This document shows, one piece after another, positions 1-14,009 of a DNA stretch of 64,000 bases. Under the pieces are notes generated by a model. The model did not search any database, had not been told where the DNA came from, and worked only from the letters and a program-made list of their open reading frames with translations. The stretch's first letter is position 1. The number at the start of each line of letters is the position of its first letter. A program made the position numbers and the translations under genes. This stretch comes from Eledone cirrhosa (Eukaryota), in the NCBI GenBank assembly GCA_964016885.1, contig OZ024756.1:41602001-41666000 (forward strand), given 5' to 3'.

Positions 1-330
1 GGTGTTGGCTGTGGTAGTGGTGGTGGTGGTGTTGGCTGTGGTAGTGGTGGTGGTGGTGGTAGTGGTGGTGGTGGTGTTGGCTGTGGTACCAATGCAACCA
101 TTGTTTCTAAAAGTACCAAATATAGTTTCCTAGATGGGAAGTATTCTGGGTAAGTGGGGTGAGTGACTCATGAACTGGGTGGATGAGTCACTCATGTAGA
201 CTGTGTCAGATCATCATCACAACGATGATGATGATGATGATAATTAAAAAGAGGAGAGGAAGGGGTTGAATGCCATGCTGGAAGGGCACAGACAGTAAGA
301 TGAAGTTTGAAGGAAGGGGGGGAGAATAAA

Positions 331-369
<39 letters not shown>

Positions 370-461
370 TATATGTGTGTCTGTATGTGTATGTATATAT
401 ATATATATGTGTGTGTATATGTATATATATATGTGTGTATATGTATATATATAAGTGTGTG

Positions 462-534
<73 letters not shown>

Positions 535-1426
535 TTGTGTATATATATATATATATGTGTGTGTTTGTCTGCATGTATATATATATATATATATACACAC
601 ACACAACATGCCAGCAGCTGAATGAGTGTGAACAGGAAAAGAGAAGGTTATGTGATAAACGTGAGAGGGGTGGGAGGAGGGTTATATAGGTGAGTCATGT
701 GACCTATTCTGTTCTCAAACCCTATCACCCCCACCCCACCCAACACCACTACCCCCACCCCACCCCACCTTATTTTTCAATAAATATACAAATAAATATG
801 GTAAAATGGAAGAATAACTTCATGAAGAATTCCAATGAACCAGCTTGAGAGGAAGAGAGGGAGAGAGAGGGAGAAAGAGGTAGAGAAGGAGAGAGAGGAG
901 GGAGTGGACACAGCAGTGTATGTGTCTGTATGTAGTATGTTATTAATATAACACTGGACAAACACCTTGTGTAATGTGTGATGGCTTCTTGAGGTTTCTG
1001 GTTTCAAATTCTGACCATTTTTGGCATGGTTTCCATGGCTACATGCTCTTCCTATCACATAGTACACTTTACAGAGTGTACTAGGTGCATGTATTATGTA
1101 GATCACCAAAACTAGGGAGGTTATGATGATGAGGACAATGTTATTTTAAGACTTAATTAATACTAAATCTCACAATTAAAATCATCACCTTCATAAACAC
1201 TATATCCATTTTCCCATGCTACTTTCCTACCCTTCTTTACGCCCCCCCCCCTTGTTTTTTCATTATTTAACTTTGTTTTTATCTTTTTTTTAATATTTCC
1301 ATCATTGTATAACTTCTGTTTGTAAAATATAGTTGACATAATTCAATAAAGGAAGACAGTTTAGGACTAAAAGAAACTAGGAACCAGTTTAAATACGATT
1401 AAGCTGCACTGTTTTATATAAAATTG

Positions 1427-1970
1427 GTTGATCTACTATTGAGCCAGTTACAACAGATGTCAGCAACAGTTAGTCAAGATTAGTTGATTTACTATTGAGC
1501 TAGTTACAACTGATGTCACCAAAGCTTAGTCAAGATTAGTTGATCTACTATTGAGCCAGTTACAACAGATGTCAGCAACAGTTAGTCAAGATTAGTTGAT
1601 CTACTATTGAGCCAGTTACAACAGATGTCAGCAACAGTTAGTCAAGATTAGTTGATCTACTATTGAGCCAGTTACAACAGATGTCAGCAACAGTTAGTCA
1701 AGATTAGTTGATCTACTATTGAGCCAGTTACAACAGATTTCAGCAACAGTTAGTCAAGATTAGTTGATCTACTATTGAGCCAGTTACAACAGATGTCAGC
1801 AACAGTTAGTCAAGATTAGTTGATTTACTGTTGAGCTAGTTACAACAGATGTCAGCAACAGTTAGTCAAGATTAGTTGATTTACTGTTGAGCCAGTTACA
1901 ACAGATGTCAGCAACAGTTAGTCAAGATTAGTTGATTTACTGTTGAGCTAGTTACAACTGATGTCACCAA
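1427..1970. repeat. 56-bp minisatellite, ~10 copies
   Basis: Unit GTTGATCTACTATTGAGCCAGTTACAACAGATGTCAGCAACAGTTAGTCAAGATTA; period checked from 1427 to 1483. Confidence 0.95.
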
Positions 1971-2645
1971 CATTTAAAAGACAAAGGTAGTCATTAGTAA
2001 ACAGTTAACAACAACAACAACAATAAAAATTACAATGAACAGACAAAACCTTGAAGTTTCTAACTCATCAGACAGCAGGGTGGTGTTTTTTTATGTTTTT
2101 CTTAGTACTGTCACGGTTGACTGAAGATGTGACAAGTTCAGGGAAACTAGTTTAGTTTCCTTGGAAATTAAATAGTTACTTTTTTTTTTCTTTTTTTGCT
2201 GAAATGAAAATTTCAGGTGGTGGAAGAAGTGATAGTGGAGGTGATAGTGTTGGTGGTGGAGGTGATAGCTGTGGCAGCTGTTTAGGTTCAGGTGTGGCCT
2301 GATAAAGCTAATTTGCAGTATTATCTTTTAACATCCTGTAATGATTTAGCAGCAAATGTCTAAAAACAAACAGGCTTGTTCATACAAATGTTTATAGTAT
2401 CTTTACTAGTGGACAGATTGTTGTGAACATTTGCAGCATGGATGGTTGGATGAAGAAAAATTATGATGATGATGATGATACTTTTAAAAAAAAGGGAGAG
2501 AGAGAATGGTCTCAGCTGAAATATTTTTCATGTTAAGTCCATTCCAGCAGAATGACCAACTGTAGTTGGTTGTTGGGGTGGGAGTAAGAGAGAGAGAGAG
2601 AGAGAGAGTGAAAGCAACATATAAAAAATGAATGGATTCACTTAC

Positions 2646-2766
2646 CTTCCCGAACATTGATTATGTTAGGATGACTTAAAATGGACAAGATTTTAATTTC
2701 CCGACGAATCTTATTGAGGTCTTCCTTGTGTCGAATTTTATTGAGTTTGACGTATTTTATGGCAAC
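2646..2766 (-). CDS. NUAK1: NUAK-family SNF1/AMPK-related kinase, coding exon 2 (subdomains II-IV); gene continues left of the window
   Basis: Not in the ORF track. Reverse strand reads ag|VAIKYVKLNKIRHKEDLNKIRREIKILSILSHPNIINVRE+G|gtaag. It contains the VAIK catalytic lysine, the alphaC RREI and the HPNI motif, and joins in phase 0 to exon 41185-41373. The symbol denotes the NUAK family (invertebrate co-ortholog of NUAK1/2). Confidence 0.9.
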
Positions 2767-2884
2767 CTACGGGAGAAAGGAGAATATTTCAGTGGGATTT
2801 CAGAATTGAAAAGAAAAAAGAAAAAGGGACATGATAAAGAAAGGTTCTTTTTATTATTTAAAAGACAAAATAATAATAATTATA

Positions 2885-3080
2885 ATAATTGTTTCCACTT
2901 TTGGCACAAGGCCAGCAATTACCCCAGTGTATGACTGGTACTTTATTTTATCGACCCCGTAAGGATGAAAGACAAAGTTAACCTCGGCGGGATTTGAACT
3001 CAGACCATAAAGGGCCATAACACTTTGCTGCAAAGTATGGCGTCCGACTCTCTATAGATTCTGCCAATCCACCACCCTAT
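2885..3080 (-). mobile_element. tRNA-derived SINE family A (representative copy)
   Basis: Recurrent unit with an A/B-box-like head (TGGCAGAATC..GAGTTCAAATCC), a core GGGGTCGATAAAATAAAGTACCAG and a tail GGCCTTGTGCCAAAAGTAGAAAC(AAT)n. Other copies at ~10650-10980, 13640-13905, 23175-23360, 24500-24665, 33640-33820, 52285-52475, 56915-57275, 60630-60755, 61780-61975 and 63510-63645. Confidence 0.8.
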
Positions 3081-3662
3081 TATAATAATTATAATAATAA
3101 TATAGGCACAAGGCCAGCAATTTTGGAGAAGGGGAAAGTTGATTAAATTGATCCCAGTGAATTACTGGTACTTCACATACAGACACACATTGACAACATG
3201 AATACAGGCTTAAAATGTAACTTAAACACACCAACATACACACACACCAACACACCAACACACACACACCAACAAACACACACCAACACACACACACCAA
3301 CACACAAACACACACCAACACACAAACACACACCAACATACACACACCAACACACAAACACACACCAACACACACAGAGACAAAGACAATAGATTTTGAT
3401 TAAGTTCAAAGTGTGCAGTGAACAACATTAGTGATGAGGATAGGGGGCAGGATTAATATGTATGATGATGATGATGGTGACGATGTAATATTGTAGTTAA
3501 GAAGAGGGTAAATCGGAATCCGAAACCCCTGAAGCAGAGCCACAGTTTTATAAAAGATGACATCTTCTATACTAAAGTCAACTAAACTTAATCCCAACTA
3601 AATCTAAACCTAGAAGAAAAGAAATATTATTTACTTTAGACTGGATTATATAATGTCTGTAA

Positions 3663-4530
3663 CCACTGTATCTAGAACTACATTATCACTGTATCTAGAT
3701 CAACATTACCACTGTATCTAGATCAACATTATCACTGTATCTAGAACTACATTATCACTGTATCTAGATCAACATTATCACTGTATCTAGATTAACATTA
3801 TCACTGTATCTAGAACTACATTATCACTGTATCTAGATCAACATTATCACTGTATCTAGATCAACATTACCACTGTATCTAGATCAACATTATCACTGTA
3901 TCTAGAACTACATTATCACTGTATCTAGATCAACATTATCACTGTATCTAGAACTACATTACCACTGTATCTAGAACTACATTATCACTGTATCTAGATC
4001 AACATTACCACTGTATCTAGATTAACATTATCACTGTATCTAGAACTACATTATCACTGTATCTAGATCTACAGTACCACTGTATCTAGATCTACAGTAC
4101 CACTGTATCTAGATTAACATTATCACTGTATCTAGAACTACATTATCACTGTATCTAGATCTACAGTACCACTGTATCTAGATCAACATTACCACTGTAT
4201 CTAGATCAACATTATCACTGTATCTAGATCAACATTATCACTGTATCTAGATCAACATTATCACTGTATCTAGATCAACATTATCACTGTATCTAGATCA
4301 ACATTACCACTGTATCTAGATCAACATTATCACTGTATCTAGAACTACATTATCACTATATCTAGATCAACATTATCACTGTATCTAGATCAACATTATC
4401 ACTGTATCTAGATCAACATTATCACTGTATCTAGATCAACATTATCACTGTATCTAGATCAACATTACCACTGTATCTAGATCCTCATTACACTATCTAG
4501 AACCACACTATCACTATAGTATCTAGATCA
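3663..4530. repeat. 23-bp minisatellite, ~37 copies
   Basis: Unit CACTGTATCTAGATCAACATTAT with GAACTAC and GATCTACAGTAC variants. Confidence 0.95.
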
Positions 4531-5312
4531 TCAGCTAACATCGAGGGGGCTGAGAACTTCTCCCACCAAATTAAAATACAAATGCACAGTTGACCAATAA
4601 AACAGGGGAGAGATAGTTAAACTTTCCTTCAATGGACCAGTTTAATTTTTTTGTTAAATCATCTAAATTGTTCTGTATGGCTTTCATCATTTCATTTTAC
4701 GTCCACTTTTTCCCTGCTTGCAAGGGTGGGACGGGAACTGATTCTGGCTTGATTTCTACAGCTGGATGCCCTTCCTAACACCAACCTCATTTACAGTGTG
4801 GGCTGGGTGCTTTTTCCGTGGCGCCTACACGTCCACTTTACAGTGTGGGCTGGGTGCTTTTTTGCCGTAGCACCTCCACGACCACCTTGCAGTGGGAGGG
4901 TGTGGGGGCATATTGTCTATATGCTTCAGCTTGTACCCATGGTAGGTCATGTACTCTGTATTACTGCGTGACGCCAGAGGTCACGGTCATGTGTCATCGC
5001 CTTTGAGAGGTGTAATTGGGTAAGGTCGTATAGTGATGACAATGATGATAATGGCGATGGTGATGAAAGTGATGATGATGATGATGATGATGACAATGAT
5101 AATGATGGCGATAATAATTAATGATTATTACATTGCTGCTGCTGCTGATTATTATTATGATACACCCACCCCACTCCACTCACACCTCCATGTTTCACTC
5201 ACCTGGTAGGACAGACAACTCTGTCACACTTCAATCAATGTTTTGTGAAGTCAGCAGGAATGTTGCTTCAAATACTTCTTTTTCTATTTCAATCCACAAC
5301 ATAGAAATAACT

Positions 5313-5790
5313 TCTACCTACCTACCCCCTTCTCTACCTACCTACCTACCCCTGTCTCTACCTACCTACCCCCTTCTCTACCTACCTACCCACCCCTTTC
5401 TCTACCTACCTACCCACCCCTTTCTCTACCTACCTACCCACCCCTTTCTCTACCTACCTACCCCCTTCTCTACCTACCTACCCCCTTCTCTACCTACCTA
5501 CCTACCCCTGTCTCTACCTACCTACCCCCTTCTCTACCTACCTACCCCCTTCTCTACCTACCTACCCCCTTCTCTACCTACATACCTACCCCTGTCTCTA
5601 CCTACCTACCCCCTTCTCTACCTACCTACCCCTGTCTCCACCTACCTACCCCCTTCTCTACCTACCTACCTACCCCCTTCTCTACCTACATACCTACCCC
5701 TGTCTCTACCTACCTACCCCCTTCTCTACCTACCTACCCCTGTCTCTACCTACCTACCCCCTTCTCTACCTACTTACCCCCTTCTCTATC
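5313..5790. repeat. CCTA-rich compound repeat
   Basis: (CCTA)n blocks joined by CCCCTTCTCTA; this explains the spurious 292-aa ORF. Confidence 0.9.
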
Positions 5791-5820
5791 CATTTCTCCT
5801 TTGTTTCTCTCTCTTCACAC

Positions 5821-5875
<55 letters not shown>

Positions 5876-6523
5876 TAGAAAGTACCCAGCACACACTGTA
5901 AACGTGGTTGGCATTTTGAAGAGCATCCAGCTGCAGAAACCAACCCAAAATCAGCCCCGGGTGAGCGAAACGTGGTCCTCTGACTTGATTCTTTCTTAAA
6001 GGGTCACCCCATCCTACTCCTGCTAGTGTGGAAGATGGACATTAAACGACGATGATGATGATATATATTGCGTGTGTGGAATGTTGTCTGTTAGTTTTTA
6101 GATAAGGCCCACCATATTCCTGCATGTCATATGAGGTGACTAAAGGGCTTGGCACCAGGAAGGACATCCGGATGTAAAACCTTGTCTCAAAACATCCTGT
6201 CCAACCCATCCCAGCATGGGAAAGTGGCCACAAAAATAATGATGATGATGATGAGAAGTATAATGGTGGTGATGGGGATGGTGATGAATGTTTCCAGACA
6301 TTACTATAGATAGACAACACACTTTAAAACAATGAGAGTATTAATGTGCTGAGTGTGTGTATATATATATATATAAACACATACATGTTTATAGTTTACA
6401 AGTGCCTGCACATGTGTTTGATTCTTTGTCTAAACTCCCATCCTTAATTCATTATGTGTATATATATATATATACATTGAAATAGCAAGCAAAGTTTACA
6501 TACAACACCACCAAAATAAACAT

Positions 6524-6580
<57 letters not shown>

Positions 6581-6730
6581 GTTTTTGATGGGAGGCAGCT
6601 TTTCCTAGAGAAATGAAAATAAAAATTTTAGAAAAGCAAAACAATGTTTCATAAATAAAATACTACTACTACTACTACTACAAGCGTGGAAAATATCAGT
6701 TAAACATGAGTAGTGGTGGTGATGATGATG

Positions 6731-6771
<41 letters not shown>

Positions 6772-7135
6772 AAACAAAAAGTGAATTCAAACAAACCACA
6801 AGTGATAGTTAACATTAAATAAAATTAAGGATTGCAATATATTTTGGTCAATAATGAGGTTTGGATTGAGTGACAAGTTCTTTGATGATAAACAGCGAAA
6901 ATATTAGAAGGTGAAATGTGAGGATTACTAAAGAAAACGATGACATCAGTGCAGTCAATATATATACTAACTACTAATATACTACTATTCTCTTATTCAT
7001 TCATATTATTTGTGTTCTGCTTGTATGACAAACACTTATTTGGAACCAATCCTATCCATTTCACCCCATCTTTGTCAGACACAGTATAACTTCCTCCCTT
7101 GCTTCAGTTTTACCCACAACAGGCAGCAAATTGTC

Positions 7136-8294
7136 AGAGTTGTTAGAACATCAGATAGAATGGTAGAGTGGTTAGAACATCAGATAGAATGGTAGAGTTG
7201 TTAGAACATCAGATAGAATGGTAGAGTTGTTAGAACTTCAGATAGAATGGTAGAGTTGTTAGAACTTCAGATAGAATGGTAGAGTTGTTAGAACATCAGA
7301 TAGAATGGTAGAGTGGTTAGAACATCAGATAGAATGGTAGAGTGGTTAGAACATCAGATAGAATGGTAGAGTGGTTAGAACATCAGATAGAATGGTAGAG
7401 TGGTTAGAACATCAGATAGAATGGTAGAGTGGTTAGAACATCAGATAGAATGGTAGAGTTGTTAGAACTTCAGATAGAATGGTAGAGTTGTTAGAACTTC
7501 AGATAGAATGGTAGAGTTGTTAGAACTTCAGATAGAATGGTAGAGTTGTTAGAACTTCAGATAGAATGGTAGAGTTGTTAGAACATCAGATAGAATGATA
7601 GAGTTGTTAGAACATCAGATAGAATGATAGAATTGTTAGAACTTCAGATAGAATGATAGAGCTGTTAGAACTTCAGATAGAATGGTAGAGTTGTTAGAAC
7701 ATCAGATAGAATGGTAGAGTTGTTAGAACATCAGATAGAATGATAGAGTTGTTAGAACATCAGATAGAATGATAGAGTTGTTAGAACTTCAGATAGAATG
7801 GTAGAGTTGTTAGAACATCAGATAGAATGGTAGAGTTGTTAGAACTTCAGATAGAATGGTAGAGTTGTTAGAACTTCAGATAGAATGGTAGAGTTGTTAG
7901 AACTTCAGATAGAATGGTAGAGTTGTTAGAACTTCAGATAGAATGGTAGAGTTGTTATAACATCAGATAGAATGGTAGAGTGGTTAGAACATCAGATAGA
8001 ATGGTAGAGTGGTTAGAACTTCAGATAGAATGGTAGAGTTGTTAGAACATCAGATAGAATGGTAGAGTGGTTAGAACTTCAGATAGAATGGTAGAGTGGT
8101 TAGAACTTCAGATAGAATGGTAGAGTGGTTAGAACTTCAGATAGAATGGTAGAGTTGTTAGAACATCAGATAGAATGGTAGAGTTGTTAGAACTTCAGAT
8201 AGAATGGTAGAGTGGTTAGAACTTCAGATAGAATGGTAGAGTGGTTAGAACATCAGATAGAACGGTAGAGTGGTTAGAACATCAGATAGAATGC
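7136..8294 (+). repeat. 29-bp minisatellite (~40 copies) expanded inside a SINE head
   Basis: Unit GTTAGAACATCAGATAGAATGGTAGAGTT. It is preceded by a SINE-like start (AGGCAGCAAATTGTCAGA) and followed by the remainder of the SINE (AGTTCAAAACC..AAATAAAGTACCAG) to ~8410. Confidence 0.9.
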
Positions 8295-8844
8295 TATGTT
8301 CTATTTGTTCCAACACTCTGTTCTCTCTCAGTTCAAAACCTGCCTAAATCAACTTTGCTTTCTATCCTTTCATGAAAGATAAATAAAGTACCAGTCTAGT
8401 ACTGAGGTCGATTTTTCCTCTATATCTCTCTCTCTCACTCCCTCTCTCTCTCTCTCTCTCTCTCTATCATTCTCTGCAATAAATTAGTTATGTTCAGAAC
8501 TGGGGAGGGGAGGGGCTCTGCCAGGCTTAAAATGTGTGTGTATGTCATTACGGCACATCTATGACTCAATCAGGAGTTACAGCTACATATATTCATACAC
8601 ATACATATGTATACATATATATATAGACACACATATACACACAACATGTAGTCCTACATACAGACACATATACATACACACGTATATATATATCATCATC
8701 ATCATCGTTCAACGTCTATCTTCCACGCTAGCATGGGTTTAGACGGGAGTTGTCCCACGTGACGCAAGATTGTCTTGCTCGTATAGAACTGTCTGGCGGG
8801 TTTTCTATGGCTGGATGCCCTTCATAACACCAACCACGTTTACA

Positions 8845-8886
<42 letters not shown>

Positions 8887-9417
8887 CGCAGATGTGCAAC
8901 GAAAGAACTTTGTTAGACTATATATATGTGTTTGTGTCTATATTGTATCTGTATTTTTGACCGTTGGTCAGTCAATGGCAACATTGAGGCCGAATAAATT
9001 AACTTAACCGATATAAAAGACACAGAAGCGAAAACCAACCAAACAGTGAGTGTGTTCTGTTAATAATTCTGGCAATATTATTACACAAATATGATCCTCC
9101 CCAAGTATAACAATACATATATATCGCATATATATATATATATATACTCTCACAAACCTGTATTTTATAAATGACTATTATGAGAAGAAAACCAAGCTAT
9201 ATGGTATTATGTACACCAAGCCTTTCATTTACCATTCCTGCTGAGTCCAGATTCAATGGAACTTTCTAGAAATGTTAACATTTTTGTGAATTACACAAAC
9301 AATTGAAGAACATTTCTAAACAGCTCCAGGAATATATATATATATATACATACGTATTATGCATGTATATATATATATGCAAGCTCATACATATGCTTAT
9401 GTATGTATGTATGTATG

Positions 9418-9450
<33 letters not shown>

Positions 9451-9518
9451 ATTTATATATATATATGTATACATGCATACACATACATATTATGCTTATG
9501 TATATATATATATGTATA

Positions 9519-9585
<67 letters not shown>

Positions 9586-9737
9586 GTATACATGCATACA
9601 CATACATATTATGCATATACATACATGCATACGCATACATACATACACAAACACATATATACATATATATATATATATTTTAATACATTGTGTCTATAAA
9701 CCTTGCCACACCCTATATATCAAAAACTGGCATATTG

Positions 9738-10290
9738 TGGTGAGGTGTGGTGTGGTGTAGTGTAGTGTGGTGTGGTGCTGGTGTAGTGTGGTGTTGTGTT
9801 GTGTGGTGCTGGTGTAGTGTGGTGCTGGTGTAGTGTGGTGCTGGTGTAGTGTGGTGTGGTGTAGTGTGGTGCTGGTGTAGTGTGGTGTGGTGTAGTGTGG
9901 TGTGGTGCTGGTGTAGTGTGGTGTGGTGTAGTGTGGTGTGGTGTAGTGTGGTGCTGGTGTAGTGTGGTGTGGTGTAGTGTGGTGTGGTGTGGTGTAGTGT
10001 AGTGTGGTGTTGTGTGGTGCTAGTGTGGTGTGGTGTTGTGTGGTGCTGGTGTTGTGTGGTGCTGGTGTAGTGTGGTGTGGTGTAGTGTAGTGTGGTGTGG
10101 TGCTGGTGCAGTGTGGTGTTGTGTGGTGTTGGTGTAGTGTGGTGTAGTGTGGTGTTGTGTGGTGTTGGTGTAGTGTGGTGTGGTGTAGTGTGGTGTGGTG
10201 CTGGTGCAGTGTGGTGTGGTGTGGTGTAGTGTGGTGTGGTGCTGGTGCAGTGTGGTGTGGTGTTGTGTAGTGTGGTGTGGTGCTGGTGTG
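9738..10290. repeat. GTGTG/GTGTA pentamer-based repeat
   Basis: Direct reading; a related array lies in the opposite orientation at ~21640-21855. Confidence 0.9.
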
Positions 10291-11496
10291 GCCTGTATTG
10301 GTTGGCACTTCTATAAATGTTAGCATCCGCCTTTAATTCATCAAGCAATTGTATAATACAGGTGATCAGATTGGCTGACAAGATTGTTGATTGTATTGAT
10401 TTGATTGGCTGACAAGTTTGTTAATTGTATTGATTTGATTGGCTGACAAGTTTGTTGATTGTATTGATTTGATTGGCTGACAAGTTTGTTGACCGTTTTT
10501 CTATTTTGGAGGGATGACAGGTGGCTGTTGAAACAGTTTTGTTTTGGTTTTCTTTCATTCTAATGTTTTAAAAACAACCAGTAAAATATGAATTAGATGT
10601 GATAACAAATCTGTCTTTCAGTTAGACTCTGGTAGTTACAACAACAACAATTGTTTTTGATTTAGGCACAAGGCCAGCAATTTTTGGGGAAGAGGAGAAA
10701 GTCGATTAAATATCGAGCCCAGCGCATTACTGGTACCTTATTTTATCGACCCCGTAAGGATGAAAGGCAAAGCTAACCTTAGTGGGATTTAATATTAATA
10801 ATTATTTCTACTTTAGGCACAAGGCCAGCACTTTTTTTTTTGGGGGGGGGGGGTTGATTAAATTCTACCCCCACTGTATTACTGGTACTTTATTTTATCG
10901 ACCCTGTAAGGATGAAAGGCAAAGTTAACCTCGGCGGGATTTAAACTCAGACCAAAAAGGGCTGTAATGATAACAATAATAATGTTGCTTAGTTTAGTGA
11001 GGTGGGGGGTATGTGTATGGGGAGATGGGGGGGGGGGGGGGGGCATACAATAGAATGCCAGTATTTGAATCTGTGCCAATTTTGACATTGTGTCAAACTA
11101 TTTTTAAGTCTGATGAATGGAGGAGGATGAAATGTTGAATTGGATAATAATATGTGTGTGTGTGTGTATAATGTATGTATGTGTATATAATGTGTGTGTG
11201 TGTGTGTGTGTGTGTATAATGTGTGTGTATGTGTGTATGTGTATATATATAATGTGTGTATGTGTATAATGTGTGTATGTGTATAATGTGTGTGTAGGTG
11301 TGTGCGTGTATAATGTGTGTGTGTGCGTGTATAATGTGTGTGTGCGTATGTGCAGTATGCATGTGTGTGTGTTGTATGTGTGTGTGTATGTATGTGCATA
11401 TGTGTGTGTATGTATATATGTATATGTCTGTGTATATATATATGTCTGTATATGTGTGTGTATAGATGTCTGTGTGTATATATGTGTGTATATATA

Positions 11497-11541
<45 letters not shown>

Positions 11542-13956
11542 ATCTAATGTGTGTATATATATATATATATGTGTATCTAATGTGTGTATATGTATATATG
11601 TGTGTATCTAAGTAACAATAAATGGTAATAGTATTACATCTGGTTGATGAGGGGGGGGGGGGGAGAGGTCACTGTGACCTCAGTGATGTAAGCAGGTAAA
11701 TACGAGAGGCGGGGCAGGGGGGTGTAAACAGTCTCTGCTCTGCTACTTCTTCTGATGAACTATCATCATCATCTTCATCAGCAATAGCAGCATATTATAT
11801 CTTAATTTACATATTGGCATGGGCTGGACAGGTCCTTACAGGTGCAGCAGATATGGGGTGGTGGTGGTGGACTAGAAAGGTAGTAGACTGGGGTGGTGTT
11901 TGTGGTGGCCTGGGGTAGACTGTGGTGGTGGTAGTTGGTGGTGGACTGGAGTGGTGGTCTGAGGTGGTGGACTGGGGTGGTGGTCTGAGGTGGTGGCTTG
12001 AGGTGGTAGTTGGTGGTGGACTGGGGTGGTGGTCTGAGGTGGTGGACTGGGGTGGTGGTCTGAGGTGGTGGCTTGAGGTGGTAGTTGGTGGTGGACTGGG
12101 GTGGTGGTCTGAGGTGGTGGCTTGAGGTGGTAGTTGGTGGTGGACTGGGGTGGTGGCCTGAGGTGGTAGTTGGTGGGGACTGGGGTGGTGGTGGTAGCCT
12201 GTAGTGGTGGTCTGAGGTGAACTGTAGTGGTGGTGGACTAGCTGAAAGACAGCTCTATATTACTACAATCTATCTTAGTTATATGTCTGCCATTATGTTA
12301 ACCACTCAACCATGAACTACAAATCTGATGTTGGCTTTTTTTATTATATTTTCTATATTTACTGTATTACTCTACTACATGTTGCAGCCAACAGACTGAG
12401 GCCATGCTGGGGCACTACCATAAAAAACTTCTCATTGTCCCAGGGTGGTATTTTTTGTAGCATTATTATTGTTATTGATGCTACAAAAAATAATGTTATT
12501 GATTTGGAGCAAAGAGAATTTATTAATTAAATATGGATGGCTTACGTTACCCCAGGGGTTAGGGTTTAACCCCTTTCATACCACTCCACCCAATCTGGTT
12601 CTGGTTCTCTGAATTAAAACCACCCCTTTTAAAGGTGGTGGTGGTGATGGTGGCGGTGGTAATGGTTGTGATGGTGGCAGTGGTGGTGGTAATGATGGTG
12701 GTAGTGATGGTTTTGATAATGTGGTAATGATGGTGGTGGTGATGGTAATGATGGTGGTGGTAGTGGTGATGAGCCATATGTAAGGTTGCCAGCTTAGTAA
12801 TGAAATAATTAAGAATGTTAGTAAATCATTCAAAATTCTTTATTAATTAATTGAAATAGAGCATAACCCATTTGATATACTTCCATCTACCTACTGTGTA
12901 ACTAATAAGATGTTTGGTACCCTATAATACTAATTTAACAGTTCATCTACCTACTTGTTACTAACAAGATGTTTGGTTTGTTTGGTAGCCTATAATACCA
13001 ACTTCATGGTCCATCTATGGACTGTGTAACTAACAATCTTATAATGGTCCTATGACAAAACCAGTAAGGGAACCCCTGAGTGAGATCATATCTAACTTGT
13101 CTGGTCTAAAAACTCGTAGGTGACCACATGACATTCCAATGCAAACTTCTGCCATTGCTCAATGTAGCTTCAATCTACAGGCTTCCTAAATCTATGGGAA
13201 AATGAAATGATATGACAACACCAACACCAGCAACAATAGTAACAACAGTGGTGGTGGTGGTGTTGGTGATAGACATCAACAATAACAACCCAAACACACA
13301 GACACACAAAGGAAAGCCAGATCCATTTAAAAAACAGTTTCTGATCAGAGGTTTGAAATGTAGCTTTTCAGCATTTCTATAAAAGCTATTCAATTTGTTT
13401 GTTGTAATATTTGCCACTCAAAATAAAATTTTGGTGAGAATACTAGGTAAGTTATGCTCCCATAAGTATTTAAATCAAACATAGAAATTAAATGACTAAT
13501 GTCTTCACACACAATTATATATCTTCTTGGTATCAAATTCTTTTCAGAGCATAGCTTCTTTTCTCAGTACAATACCATTTAAATGTGTAGGTGATAAAGA
13601 AAGAGTAAATAGATAGACCACTGTTACTTTCAACATTCACACAGTCAGTGTATTACAGGTACTTTATTTTATTGACTTTGGAAAAATGGAAAGCAAAGCC
13701 AACCTTGGTGAGAATAGAGCTTAGAACGTAAAGGGACATAACTCTACGCCGCAAAGCATACTGTCCGATGCTCTACCAATTACTGCTTCTGCGGTAAGCA
13801 CAAGGGCAGCAATTTGGCGATGGGGGAAAGTCAATTAAATCGACCCCAGTGCATTACTGGTACTTTATTTTATCAACCCCTGTAAGGATGAAAGGCAAAG
13901 CTAACAATGTGTATATATATATATATATGTATATATATATGTATGTGTATATATAT

Positions 13957-13995
<39 letters not shown>

Positions 13996-14009
13996 TATAT
14001 ACATACTAT

